From: Candidatus Nomurabacteria bacterium
Lineage (GTDB): Bacteria > Patescibacteriota > Minisyncoccia > Phycocordibacterales > UBA9973
Direction: 5' to 3'
Assembly (NCBI GenBank): GCA_043723545.1
Contig: JAYSNU010000072.1
Coordinates: 1-31,098, forward strand
Length of the DNA: 31,098 nucleotides
Positions 18,301-26,739 of the stretch are shown here, in pieces (positions within the stretch are counted from its first letter, which is position 1; the number at the start of each line of letters is the position of its first letter). The notes under the pieces are model-generated. The model saw only the letters and a list, made by a program, of their open reading frames with translations, searched no databases and had not been told where the DNA came from. The translations under genes were made by a program, and so were the position numbers.

Positions 18301-21300
18301 AATGTTTCTGACGGCTCGGGTAACAATACAGCAATTGGTTATAACACTGGTAGAGGAATTGTAACTGGTATTAATAACACAATTCTCGGAGCTAATGTAA
18401 CTGGACTTTCTTCTACATTATCAAACAATATCATTATCGCTGATGGGTCGGGTAATCAAAGGATTAATGTTGACTCAAGCGGCAACGTCGGAATAGGTGT
18501 TACGAATCCGCTACATAAGTTAACTGTTGGTAATTCTTGGACAGGTACATCTCCTACAGTGATGACAGATGAATTTTCTAGCTTGGCAGGTTATTTGCCA
18601 AGCATGAGTATAAATGCTTCTACTACAAACTCCACTCTTTATGTGAAATCAATCGGCCTAAATCTTCATAATAATGATTTAACTTTAGGTGTGCGTACAC
18701 CAGCAATATCATTTTCTCAACGAGTAAATGCTAATTATTCTGCTTCTATTGGAGCGATTGATGTTATGTCTGGTGGTGGCAAGAATTCTGATTGGATTTC
18801 TGGTTCTATGATTTTTAGCACTGCTGGTTCACAAGATTATGGTCTAAAGGAAAGAATGCGAATTACTTCTCTTGGCTATGTAGGTATAGGGAAAACTGAT
18901 CCAAATAATAAGTTAATGGTTGGGTTAAATACTACTAATGGTCTTGTTTTATTAAATGGTAATGGGGGGTTAGACCAAACCTTTCCGACTGTTAATTTTA
19001 CGACTAGTTCAAGTAATACAACGAATTATGTATATAGTGTTGGTTTAAACCTTCTTAATGATGACATTACAGCCGGTGGTCGTTCGGCCGCTCTTACATT
19101 TGGTAAGAAAACAACACAGTTTTCTGATACATTAGGAGCAATAGATGCAGTTGATGTTGGTGTTGGAGTAAATGAAGATTGGCATGGGGGAGATATGGTA
19201 TTTCATACTGCAAACAAAGAAACATTTGGCATCACAGAAAAAATGAGAATCACAAGCACCGGCAACGTCGGAATAGGTGTTACGAATCCGTCCGAAAAAC
19301 TCACGGTGGTGGGTGGAGACATTTCAGTCGATGGTGGTAAGGCTATCATGCTTGTCCACGGTAGTCTGAACAATAGCATTTTTAGAAATAATGGTACTGG
19401 GAATACAACTATTTCATCTCCTTCAAATAGCGGCGGAATATCTTTTATACTTAATGGAGATCCCAATATCGAAATTATGAGAGCTTATAGTGGCGCTTTT
19501 CAATCAGGGGTCGGCATCGGGATTACAAACCCATCAGCAAAATTACACATTGTTCAAAATCCTATTAATAATGGAATAAATCCAGGTATTATTTATGTTG
19601 GTGCTGTGCATAATAGCCAAACACTTTCAACTGAAATTTCATCTGTCAATATCACAACTGCGGGCAGGCAATGGGCGACAGGTAATATTTCTATGGAGAG
19701 AGAAGTATTAATTACTCAACCTACTTATTCATTCGTCGGAGCATCAACAATCACTGATGCGGCCACAATGAGCATCGTTGGCGCACCGATCAATGGCACG
19801 AATGCGACCTTGACGAACACTTATGGACTTCTCATCCAGGCAGGAGCCGTTTCAACTGCGATCAACAGCTACGGCCTTACAGTTAATGCTCAAACAGGAG
19901 CGACGAATAATTACGTTGCCACATTCTTGGGTGGCAACGTCGGCATCGGGACGACGGGGCCGGGGGCGAAATTGCAGATTAATACTGCAACAGGTGTTAA
20001 TTTTCAAGATGCTATAAAATTAGTCAAGGATGGAGGATATGGAGAAACTTCAATACAGAACTATTACTCAACTATTAATAATTTTGGAATGGGTTTTCAT
20101 ACTGATGCCGGAACGGTAATGGTAATAAATAACAGCGGCAACGTCGGTATAGGTACGATAAATCCAGGCACAAAATTGGTAGTTACAGGAACAGGCGCAG
20201 CCATTGGGGGAGGATTCATAGCCTCGGCCCCACTCTTCGTCAATGATTCAACACTAAGTACTCGGGGTGTCGCCATAGGTTATGATGCAACTCTTGAAGC
20301 CGGCTTTATTCAAGCGGGTAAGCAAGGTGTGGCATATGAACCACTTTTATTGAATCCAAACGCCGGAAACGTCGGCATTGGGACGACGTTTCCGGTGTCA
20401 AAATTTCACGTATCAGGCGGCGGTGCAACTGGAAGCGTCGATAGCAGTACACTCTTGATGATTGACGGAACTGGTGACGGCATCGTCGCTCAGCTCAACA
20501 ATGCAAACGCAGCAAATGCCGAAACACTTCTCGCATTCTCATACCGCAATGCGGGTAATGCATCAGGAGCCGTTCCTGCTGCGATCGGATACAAAATAGA
20601 CTCTGACGGATTTACAGGGCAGACCAAGGGCGCGCTCGTATTCAAAACTCGAGGAGGTACGACCGGTGTCGCCCCAACTGAACGTATGCGCATTGACTCA
20701 AGTGGCAACGTCGGCATCGGGACGACGACACCGGCGATGAAGCTTTCCGTTGTTCAAGGTGCTTCAGGTGACCTTTATCCAACAAACACGCAGGCGATAT
20801 TCGAATATAACGCGAATGGTGGAATAGTTGTCGCAGTACCTGATGCGAATGCCGGGGGATTGTATTTTCCGAAGTCCACTGACGCATATTATTCCGGCAT
20901 TGAAAGAAGCACATCTAATCTGAACCTGAGGAATAACGGCTCGACGCGATTAACGATCGACTCTAGTGGCAACGTCGGCATCGGGACGACGGTGCCGGGG
21001 GCGAAGCTGGATGCTGTCTCGTCGACTGGAAGTGCGGGGAGATTTTCTGGATATACTTACACTAGGGTTGCAGCAGATGCCACATCGGGAACAATTCAAA
21101 TTGGTAGCAACACTAACTATTCAGGTTATATCGACTACGGTGGTAGTAGCGCCCCATCTGGATCAGTAAATTTGACATTCTCGAACTCGTACGATTCTCC
21201 GGCTGATGGTTTTTTGTTCCGTGGACGTACCAGTGGCACTGCCGTTAACGCAATGATGATTCAAGGCAACGGCAACGTCGGTATTGGGTTGACGAATCCA

Positions 21301-22932
21301 AGTGATAAGTTAGTAGTTTATGGAATTAATCCCGTTATTAGATTAACTGATTCTTCTCAAGGAAATACTTCTTTCCTCCAACAATTGGACAATGCAAATG
21401 GAGCAGCTTTGAGAATATATGACGGCACACTTTACAGTACTTATTTCAAGGGTGGCAACGTCGGCATCGGGACGACGAATCCGGGGGCGAAATTAGAAGT
21501 TAATGGATTTACGAAAATTACATCTGGCTCAGTCGATTCTAATTGGAATGAACAATTATTGGTGTTAGGCAATGGTACGTATGACCCAAAAATTGTTCTT
21601 GGTTCAAATAATGGTTATCGTTGGAGCATTAGAAATGCCGACCCATCTTCCAGTGGTCAGCTATCGTTTAGATATGAAGAAGGTTCTTTAGACGCAATGA
21701 CAATATCAAGAAACGGCAACGTCGGGATTGGGACGACGGCACCAAGTCAAAAATTAGAAGTAATGGGTGATGTTCAGATTAACGGTGGTTTACACCTTGA
21801 TGCGGGTGCTGGAGCCACCTCTCCTTTATCTGGGATTATACTTGCTGGTAAATATGAAGGAGCTTTATATTCAAATGGAGGTATTCGTGCTAATGGATTT
21901 CAACAAAATTCTCCATATGATGGTGGAGTTTCATTACAAAGAAATTACTATAATGGTGCTGCATACGTTTATCAAGATGTATTAAATGTTACTGGCGCAG
22001 GCAACGTCGGGATAGGGACGACGGCGCCGGGCGCACCACTCGAGGTCAAGGGTACGAGCACAGGTGGCACTATCGCCAAGTTCACCGATCTCAACACCAC
22101 CGGCTGTACCCTCGCGACTGGTGGCACAATTTCTTGTAGTTCAGATCAAAGATTGAAGAAGAATGTCACGGATATAAGTTATGGGTTGGATACAGTGATG
22201 TCATTACACCCAGTACTCTTTAATTGGAATTATGAAAATGATGGTACAACAAAAAATCTTGGTTTCATCGCCCAAGAAGTCGAAATTGTAGTCCCTAAAT
22301 TAGTTTCTACTGATGATGGTGGAATGAAATCTTTAAATACTACAGCGATAGTTCCTATTTTAACGAAATCGATTCAAGAATTAAATTTAAATATGAAATC
22401 AATATCAGAACCTATACCCACAATCGGTTCTTTTGGAGATAAATTTTTTACAAATTTATTTGCTCGACTTATAGCATGGTTCGCTAATAGTGCAAATGGG
22501 ATCGGAGAATTTTTCGCAAAGAAAGCTACACTCGAAGAAGTGTGTTTGAAAGATGCTACCGGCACATCTTGCTATAACAGAACTCAGCTAGATACTTTGC
22601 TTGCCAGCGCCGTGACTTCCGCGCAAGGCGCGCAAGGCGAAACCTTACGCACAAAACCAGAGGTTTCTCCAGTAGTAGATACGATAGCTCCGGTCATTAC
22701 ATTGACAGGTGAAACAAATATTACCCTCAATGTTGGGGATACATATACTGAAGCAGGGGCAACTGCCACTGACAATGTAGATACAAATGTTGCTGTGGTG
22801 ATTTCTGGAACAGTTGATACGACTGTCGCTGGTACATATATTGTTAATTATAATGCGCAAGACACAGCAGGGAACAAAGCAATAGAAGTTATCAGAACAA
22901 TTAATGTCACCGTCCTTGGTGGGACCCCTTAA
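15373..22932 (+). CDS. Giant membrane-anchored fibre/adhesin-like protein: N-terminal HTH, TM, short collagen-like stretch, GNVGIGT-module stalk, peptidase S74 chaperone, C-terminal DUF5011-like Ig domain
   Basis: YISAKEASSLTGYSRDYIGQLAR (HTH); LLLTTFGFLVSVGVFSLI (TM); GPAGPKGSTGSRGLTG; many GNVGIGTT repeats; SDQRLKKNV...GFIAQEV (S74); DTIAPVITLTG...TATDNVD...GTYIVNY (DUF5011-like). TATAAT 15360-15365 favours ATG 15373. Confidence 0.88.
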   Translation: MSSDLFKDNKKYISAKEASSLTGYSRDYIGQLARGNKIDSKKIRGVWYVEEKSILQYNDFSIELGTPIVHEPVLKKNALVSENLDKKILESKFTSVILPKPFVPTLIHLPPKTLWPEIKKTSLKKNISLSQKLLLTTFGFLVSVGVFSLIDISSSLKQLDGPNLTANVLNENPSYFGKLSGNVIDAFSDLLFHYFYGPEVDYTNVAVIKHSTKPIPTPEVATVITPELITKTKIEYPKTIIIRGPAGPKGSTGSRGLTGLQGLKGDAGIQTFNSTSSSQPAYIPVYSAPIGIIQSNPATNYSGGSLFSATDLSSRNFNTTNANIGSLNVSGDSILQGNLTTMAGISSSGTINFSGLTASRGVFTDGSKNLTSTGILGADQGGTGIANNVASTFTISGNFGTTFTISGSTAVTLPTSGTLYGTATGSITSLQLATSLSDETGSGLAVFGTSPTISGLTLSGFTPGSMLFTGTSGVVIQDNANLFFDDTNNRLGIGTTTPLAVFDLRQGVNGETMFSGRRFTDVAPSGDFITYNNAANDTALFRVDNSGNLFAGGILNSGSQTITSTSTPQFRVQYNALNESSLSVSSAGVATYGFNGTTPRAIWTPQSNLTNTFTFTDSSSNPILNIDTTNQRVGIGTATSNTFKLEVAGNIGPEADNTRDLGAVAKRWANLYATNITGAITPTGFTQGSVAFAGASGMLSQDNANFFIDDTNNTLGIGSTRTGVISATNARLLLKGSGVTSATSSFDVQDSTGASNFFVRDDGNVGIGTTAPAQKLDVVGNIQFNTNGGQAILVSNYKGANSDGNNLFIGGGGQSSIGEVGATYKGSSNTANGYGSLLSNTTGYQNTANGVYSLYSNTTGLSNTANGYGSLYSNTTGNQNTANGFLSLASNTTGSSNTANGFYSLYNNTTGYQNTANGYGSLTFNTTGLSNTANGYYSLLSNTTGNNNTANGVYSLYSNTTGVNNTANGYGSLYDFNVSDGSGNNTAIGYNTGRGIVTGINNTILGANVTGLSSTLSNNIIIADGSGNQRINVDSSGNVGIGVTNPLHKLTVGNSWTGTSPTVMTDEFSSLAGYLPSMSINASTTNSTLYVKSIGLNLHNNDLTLGVRTPAISFSQRVNANYSASIGAIDVMSGGGKNSDWISGSMIFSTAGSQDYGLKERMRITSLGYVGIGKTDPNNKLMVGLNTTNGLVLLNGNGGLDQTFPTVNFTTSSSNTTNYVYSVGLNLLNDDITAGGRSAALTFGKKTTQFSDTLGAIDAVDVGVGVNEDWHGGDMVFHTANKETFGITEKMRITSTGNVGIGVTNPSEKLTVVGGDISVDGGKAIMLVHGSLNNSIFRNNGTGNTTISSPSNSGGISFILNGDPNIEIMRAYSGAFQSGVGIGITNPSAKLHIVQNPINNGINPGIIYVGAVHNSQTLSTEISSVNITTAGRQWATGNISMEREVLITQPTYSFVGASTITDAATMSIVGAPINGTNATLTNTYGLLIQAGAVSTAINSYGLTVNAQTGATNNYVATFLGGNVGIGTTGPGAKLQINTATGVNFQDAIKLVKDGGYGETSIQNYYSTINNFGMGFHTDAGTVMVINNSGNVGIGTINPGTKLVVTGTGAAIGGGFIASAPLFVNDSTLSTRGVAIGYDATLEAGFIQAGKQGVAYEPLLLNPNAGNVGIGTTFPVSKFHVSGGGATGSVDSSTLLMIDGTGDGIVAQLNNANAANAETLLAFSYRNAGNASGAVPAAIGYKIDSDGFTGQTKGALVFKTRGGTTGVAPTERMRIDSSGNVGIGTTTPAMKLSVVQGASGDLYPTNTQAIFEYNANGGIVVAVPDANAGGLYFPKSTDAYYSGIERSTSNLNLRNNGSTRLTIDSSGNVGIGTTVPGAKLDAVSSTGSAGRFSGYTYTRVAADATSGTIQIGSNTNYSGYIDYGGSSAPSGSVNLTFSNSYDSPADGFLFRGRTSGTAVNAMMIQGNGNVGIGLTNPSDKLVVYGINPVIRLTDSSQGNTSFLQQLDNANGAALRIYDGTLYSTYFKGGNVGIGTTNPGAKLEVNGFTKITSGSVDSNWNEQLLVLGNGTYDPKIVLGSNNGYRWSIRNADPSSSGQLSFRYEEGSLDAMTISRNGNVGIGTTAPSQKLEVMGDVQINGGLHLDAGAGATSPLSGIILAGKYEGALYSNGGIRANGFQQNSPYDGGVSLQRNYYNGAAYVYQDVLNVTGAGNVGIGTTAPGAPLEVKGTSTGGTIAKFTDLNTTGCTLATGGTISCSSDQRLKKNVTDISYGLDTVMSLHPVLFNWNYENDGTTKNLGFIAQEVEIVVPKLVSTDDGGMKSLNTTAIVPILTKSIQELNLNMKSISEPIPTIGSFGDKFFTNLFARLIAWFANSANGIGEFFAKKATLEEVCLKDATGTSCYNRTQLDTLLASAVTSAQGAQGETLRTKPEVSPVVDTIAPVITLTGETNITLNVGDTYTEAGATATDNVDTNVAVVISGTVDTTVAGTYIVNYNAQDTAGNKAIEVIRTINVTVLGGTP
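17659..22023 (+). repeat. Dispersed in-frame GC-rich junction motif GGCAACGTCGG (12 copies)
   Basis: Starts at 17659, 18481, 19261, 19933, 20137, 20365 (GGA variant), 20704, 20968, 21271, 21454, 21715, 22000. Confidence 0.92.
17857..18294 (+). repeat. Coding tandem repeat, 51 nt / 17 aa (NTANGxxSLxxNTTGxx), 8 full copies plus one partial
   Basis: AACACCGCTAATGG recurs every 51 nt from 17857 to 18265. Confidence 0.95.
22621..22651 (-). repeat. REP family A copy (plus half-site) in-frame within giant CDS
   Basis: 22629-22651 matches the reverse complement of the REP at 21/23, preceded by half-site GCGCAAGGC; encodes AQGAQGETLR. Confidence 0.8.
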
Positions 22933-22945
22933 AATAAAACACAAA

Positions 22946-22983
22946 TGCGCAAGGTTTCGCCTTGCGCAAAAATGCCTTGCGCA
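22946..22983 (+). repeat. REP family A copy plus half-site, downstream of RAYT
   Basis: TGCGCAAGGTTTCGCCTTGCGCA 22946-22968; GCCTTGCGCA 22974-22983. Confidence 0.9.
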
Positions 22984-22989
22984 AAAAAA

Positions 22990-23649
22990 CTATTCCTTTG
23001 TAAAAGAAAGCCAGAATCTAATCATTTCTTTGAAATTAGTAGTATTTTCAAAATACTGAGGGAAAGCTCTCTCATTGATTATCACATTTTCTGTCCTGTT
23101 TAAATTGATATATTTTCCGTAGCTTGAATATTGATATTCTGTTAAAAATTTTTCTGCTTTCGTTTGATTTTTTATTCCATTTTTTTTCCAAGTTGCATCA
23201 ATTAATTTGATTGGATTTAGATGTATGTATGAATAAATATATTTTAAATAGTTATCATCATCTAAGTGTTCTGCTTTAAAAACACCTTGAAACAAAACCC
23301 CATTACGTTCGTATTTTTTATTGAAATACATAGTGTAAGCAGTCGTTAATTTTTGCATAAATAAACTTATACTATTTTCTGTTTTTTCTTTTAATAAAAG
23401 ATGGAAATGATTTGGCATTAAGCAATATGCTCCAATTTCTACCAAATTTTCTCCACGATCTTTCTCAAACAAATCTTTAAATGATTGTCTTCGCGTGTCG
23501 ATACGGATAGGTTCTTTAGAATTAGCAAGATAAAGAAGTATGATAAATCTTTCGTAATCATTTTTTGTAATAAATATTCTTCTTTTATCGGTTCCTCTAT
23601 TATAAATATGATAAAATTCATTAATTGAAAAAGTTATTGGACGTGACAT
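22990..23649 (-). mobile_element. REP-associated tyrosine transposase (RAYT, Y1 HUH family)
   Basis: YHIYNRG, AYCLMPNHFHLL (HUH), YFNKKYER.G.LFQG, YIHLNP (catalytic Tyr), YSSY; identical palindromes on both sides. Confidence 0.92.
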
Positions 23650-23677
23650 ATTTATATAATAATCTTATTAAAATATA

Positions 23678-23700
23678 TGCGCAAGGTTTCGCCTTGCGCA
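23678..23700 (+). repeat. REP family A copy upstream of RAYT
   Basis: TGCGCAAGGTTTCGCCTTGCGCA; stem extends to 11 bp (23676-23702). Confidence 0.9.
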
Positions 23701-23740
23701 TAGAAATAATTTTTGAAGAGAATATGTTAAAATGAGCGTT

Positions 23741-25210
23741 ATGAAGAAAAAATATTATCCGACAATAGGACTCGAAATACATGCAGAATTAAAGACACAA
23801 ACAAAGATGTTTTGTGCTTGCAAGAATGACCCTGACGAAGAAAAACCCAACAAAAACGTTTGTCCTGTATGTATGGCTCACCCCGGTGCATTGCCAGTAA
23901 TAAACAAACAAGCGGTAGAAAATGTCATTAAAGTCGGTCTTGCTTTGGGCTCCACTATCGCCAACTTTTCAGAATTTGATAGAAAAAATTATTTTTATCC
24001 AGATATACCGAAGGGTTATCAGATTTCGCAATATAAATATCCAATAGTTTCTGGTGGAGCTTTGGCAAATATGGACATTACTCGTATTCACTTGGAAGAA
24101 GACACAGGCAATAACAAACACCTAGATATAGATAAATCTTCCCCTACCCCCGGGGTAGGGGAAGAGGGATATTCTCTGATTGATTTTAATCGTGCTGGAG
24201 TGCCTTTGATGGAACTTGTAACTGAAGCGCATACCTTTGATACGGCGGAAGAAGCTGCAAAAGTTGCTTCCAATTTTGCTAAAGAATATCAATTACTTCT
24301 TTGGTATCTTGGTGTTTCCGAAGCAAATATGGAGAAAGGTGAAATGCGCGTAGAAGCGAATGTTTCTATTTCACCAGATAAAGATAAAAAGTGGAATGAA
24401 TATGTAGAAGTTAAAAATTTGAATTCTTTCCGTAGTGTTGAGCGAGCTATCAAATTTGAGGTAGAAAGAATGGTAGAACTTTTTGAAACAGGGCATGAGT
24501 CTGAAATAGTTAAAGAAACTCGAGGCTTTGATGAATCTAAACAGAAAACATTTTCCCAAAGAAGAAAAGAGTCTAGTCATGATTATAGATATTTCCCTGA
24601 CCCTGATTTGCCAAAAATGAAATTACATAGTGCATTTGATTTGGAAAAAATGGAGAAAGAATTACCAGAACTTCCTGTGGCCAAGCGGGCACGATATAAG
24701 AATGATTTTGGAATTAAAAATGAAGATATTGAAGCGTACATAAATGATATGACTCTCGGTGTATGGTTTGAGAATATTGCAAGAATTCTTGATAACAAAG
24801 AGAAAATAAAAATTGCCTCCAACTACATCACAACAGATTTTATTGGTTTAAAGAAAAATAATAAAGAGGTAAACATGCCAAGTGCCAAGAATATGGCAGA
24901 ACTCGCCTCGATGATTATGGAAGGAATGATAAGTTCTCGCGGAGCGAAGGACATCTTAGCTATGATTGTAGTGAAAGATCAAGCCCCAATGAAAATTGCT
25001 CTTGAAAAAGATTTGTTACAAAAGAATGATGTAGGTGTATTAAAAGAAATTGCACAAAAAATTATTGATGCAAATGAAAAAGTTGTAGCTGATTATAAGG
25101 GTGGTAAAGAACAAGCTTTAATGTCACTCGTGGGTCAAATTATGAAAGAAACGAAGGGAAGTGCTAATCCAGAAGTAGCTAGGAAGACTTTAATAGATTT
25201 GCTAAAATAG
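23741..25210 (+). CDS. gatB: Asp/Glu-tRNA amidotransferase subunit B
   Basis: IGLEIHAEL, FDRKNYFYPD.PKGYQISQ, HLEED, NRAGVPL.E, DYRYFPDPDL, GQIMK. Confidence 0.97.
   Translation: MKKKYYPTIGLEIHAELKTQTKMFCACKNDPDEEKPNKNVCPVCMAHPGALPVINKQAVENVIKVGLALGSTIANFSEFDRKNYFYPDIPKGYQISQYKYPIVSGGALANMDITRIHLEEDTGNNKHLDIDKSSPTPGVGEEGYSLIDFNRAGVPLMELVTEAHTFDTAEEAAKVASNFAKEYQLLLWYLGVSEANMEKGEMRVEANVSISPDKDKKWNEYVEVKNLNSFRSVERAIKFEVERMVELFETGHESEIVKETRGFDESKQKTFSQRRKESSHDYRYFPDPDLPKMKLHSAFDLEKMEKELPELPVAKRARYKNDFGIKNEDIEAYINDMTLGVWFENIARILDNKEKIKIASNYITTDFIGLKKNNKEVNMPSAKNMAELASMIMEGMISSRGAKDILAMIVVKDQAPMKIALEKDLLQKNDVGVLKEIAQKIIDANEKVVADYKGGKEQALMSLVGQIMKETKGSANPEVARKTLIDLLK
24137..24165. repeat. Perfect 14-bp inverted repeat in-frame within gatB
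   Basis: TCTTCCCCTACCCC-C-GGGGTAGGGGAAGA, encoding SSPTPGVGEE. Confidence 0.85.
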
Positions 25211-25214
25211 AAGG

Positions 25215-26081
25215 ATGAAAACTCTGAAAGAATATATTCTAGATGCATCTTTAAAGAAAATTGCAGTAGGGCATTTCAATATTTCAAATATTGAAGCATT
25301 GCATGGTATTTATGCTGCAGCCAAAAAGCTTGGTGTGCCAGTAGTTATCGGTGTCTCAGAAGGTGAACAGGCATTTATTGGGCTTGAAGAAGCAGTAGCT
25401 CTTATACACACTCTCCGTGCGCGAGATAATTATCCAATATTTTTAAATGCGGATCATCATTCAAGTTTTGAATCTGTAAAAAAATGTATTGATGCTGGTT
25501 TTGATATGGTTATTATTGATGCTGCAAAATTACCTTTTGATGAAAATGTAACAGTGACTAAGCAATGTGTAGATTACGCACATGAAGTGAATACAAAAAC
25601 AGGAAGACAAATTTTAGTTGAGGCAGAGCTCGGCTATATCGGTTCGGGTTCAGTTATTCGTGACTCAATCCCAGAAGGTGCCGGAGTGTTAACTACGCCA
25701 GAAGATGCTAAAAATTTCGTGCAGATGACTGGTATTGATTTATTTGCTCCATCTGTCGGAAGTATTCACGGACTCATTAAAACTGGTAAACCACACATTA
25801 ATACCGAATTAGTAAAACAAATAAAAGACATTACTGGCATTCCTTTGGTGCTTCATGGTGGTTCTGGTTTGCGAGATGAAGATTTTATCAACGCTATTGC
25901 CGCGGGTATCAGCATGGTGCATATTAATAGTGAAATACGTCTTGCTTTTAGAGAAGCAGAAGAATTATTTCTTAAAAACAATCCGACTGAAATAACTCCT
26001 GCGAAAATTTTACAACCAGCAGTTGATGCTATTGAAAAAGTTGTTGAAGCCCGACTTAAACTTTTTAGTGGAATGAAATAG
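25215..26081 (+). CDS. fba: Class II fructose-bisphosphate aldolase
   Basis: AVGHFN, LNADH, GFDMV.ID, VEAELG, APSVGSIHG, PLVLHGGSG. Confidence 0.93.
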   Translation: MKTLKEYILDASLKKIAVGHFNISNIEALHGIYAAAKKLGVPVVIGVSEGEQAFIGLEEAVALIHTLRARDNYPIFLNADHHSSFESVKKCIDAGFDMVIIDAAKLPFDENVTVTKQCVDYAHEVNTKTGRQILVEAELGYIGSGSVIRDSIPEGAGVLTTPEDAKNFVQMTGIDLFAPSVGSIHGLIKTGKPHINTELVKQIKDITGIPLVLHGGSGLRDEDFINAIAAGISMVHINSEIRLAFREAEELFLKNNPTEITPAKILQPAVDAIEKVVEARLKLFSGMK

Positions 26082-26082
26082 T

Positions 26083-26730
26083 ATGGACCCTAAGCCACCC
26101 CAAATACTCATAAATAATAAAGATACAAAAAGGGAATTAACTTCCGAAGAAAAAGAAATTTTCAATTCTTTTGAAAATATTCCTTTTTTAAATGAAACAG
26201 ATAAAAGTAATTTTCTGCTTGTTTGGAGGGGGTTAAAAAGTGGTTCTGGGTTTTTTATAAAAATTGAAGATATTTTGTTTCTAGGAAAAATAAAAGAAAT
26301 AATTGAGAAAGCCGGTTTGTTTTTTATTGATTTAGATCGAAAAGATGTTTCGAACCCCAATATCCCCTGTATGGTTTCTATTAATAGAGAAGATTTAGAA
26401 CTTTTAGCGACATTGTGGCCGGATGATCATATAAATGATCCACGTGTATATCTTGAACTTGGCAGAATATATGGATATCCCAAGACGGCTATTGATGCTT
26501 TTGATAAAATTCATAATTCTTCTTCGGGCCACCTAGAATTAGAAAATGAATTAACATTAAGTTCACAAGAAAAAAGACAAAAAATCCCCAAACAGCTTTT
26601 AGCTTTTGCCAAATTTGTTTTTTCTAGAGAACATTGGGGAGAAGAATTAGAAACAGTTAAAAAATGGGCAGAAGAAATAAAATTAATTGATCCTGAATTA
26701 TATAACACTCTTTCTACTCGAGGTTTTTAA
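26083..26730 (+). CDS. Hypothetical protein
   Basis: 215-aa ORF tightly packed in the operon; contains GRIYGYPKTAIDAF; no function recognised. Confidence 0.75.
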   Translation: MDPKPPQILINNKDTKRELTSEEKEIFNSFENIPFLNETDKSNFLLVWRGLKSGSGFFIKIEDILFLGKIKEIIEKAGLFFIDLDRKDVSNPNIPCMVSINREDLELLATLWPDDHINDPRVYLELGRIYGYPKTAIDAFDKIHNSSSGHLELENELTLSSQEKRQKIPKQLLAFAKFVFSREHWGEELETVKKWAEEIKLIDPELYNTLSTRGF

Positions 26731-26739
26731 AATTAAAAT

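Noticed and set aside
17609-18364. 251-aa alternative-frame ORF (and 75-aa antisense ORF) over the repeat
   Set aside because: By-product of stop-free tandem repeats; low-complexity TP-rich translation.
15373-22932. Prophage or diversity-generating retroelement suggested by the tail-fibre/S74 domain and variable repeats
   Set aside because: No capsid, terminase, integrase or reverse transcriptase in the window; no template/variable repeat pair with adenine-specific differences seen.
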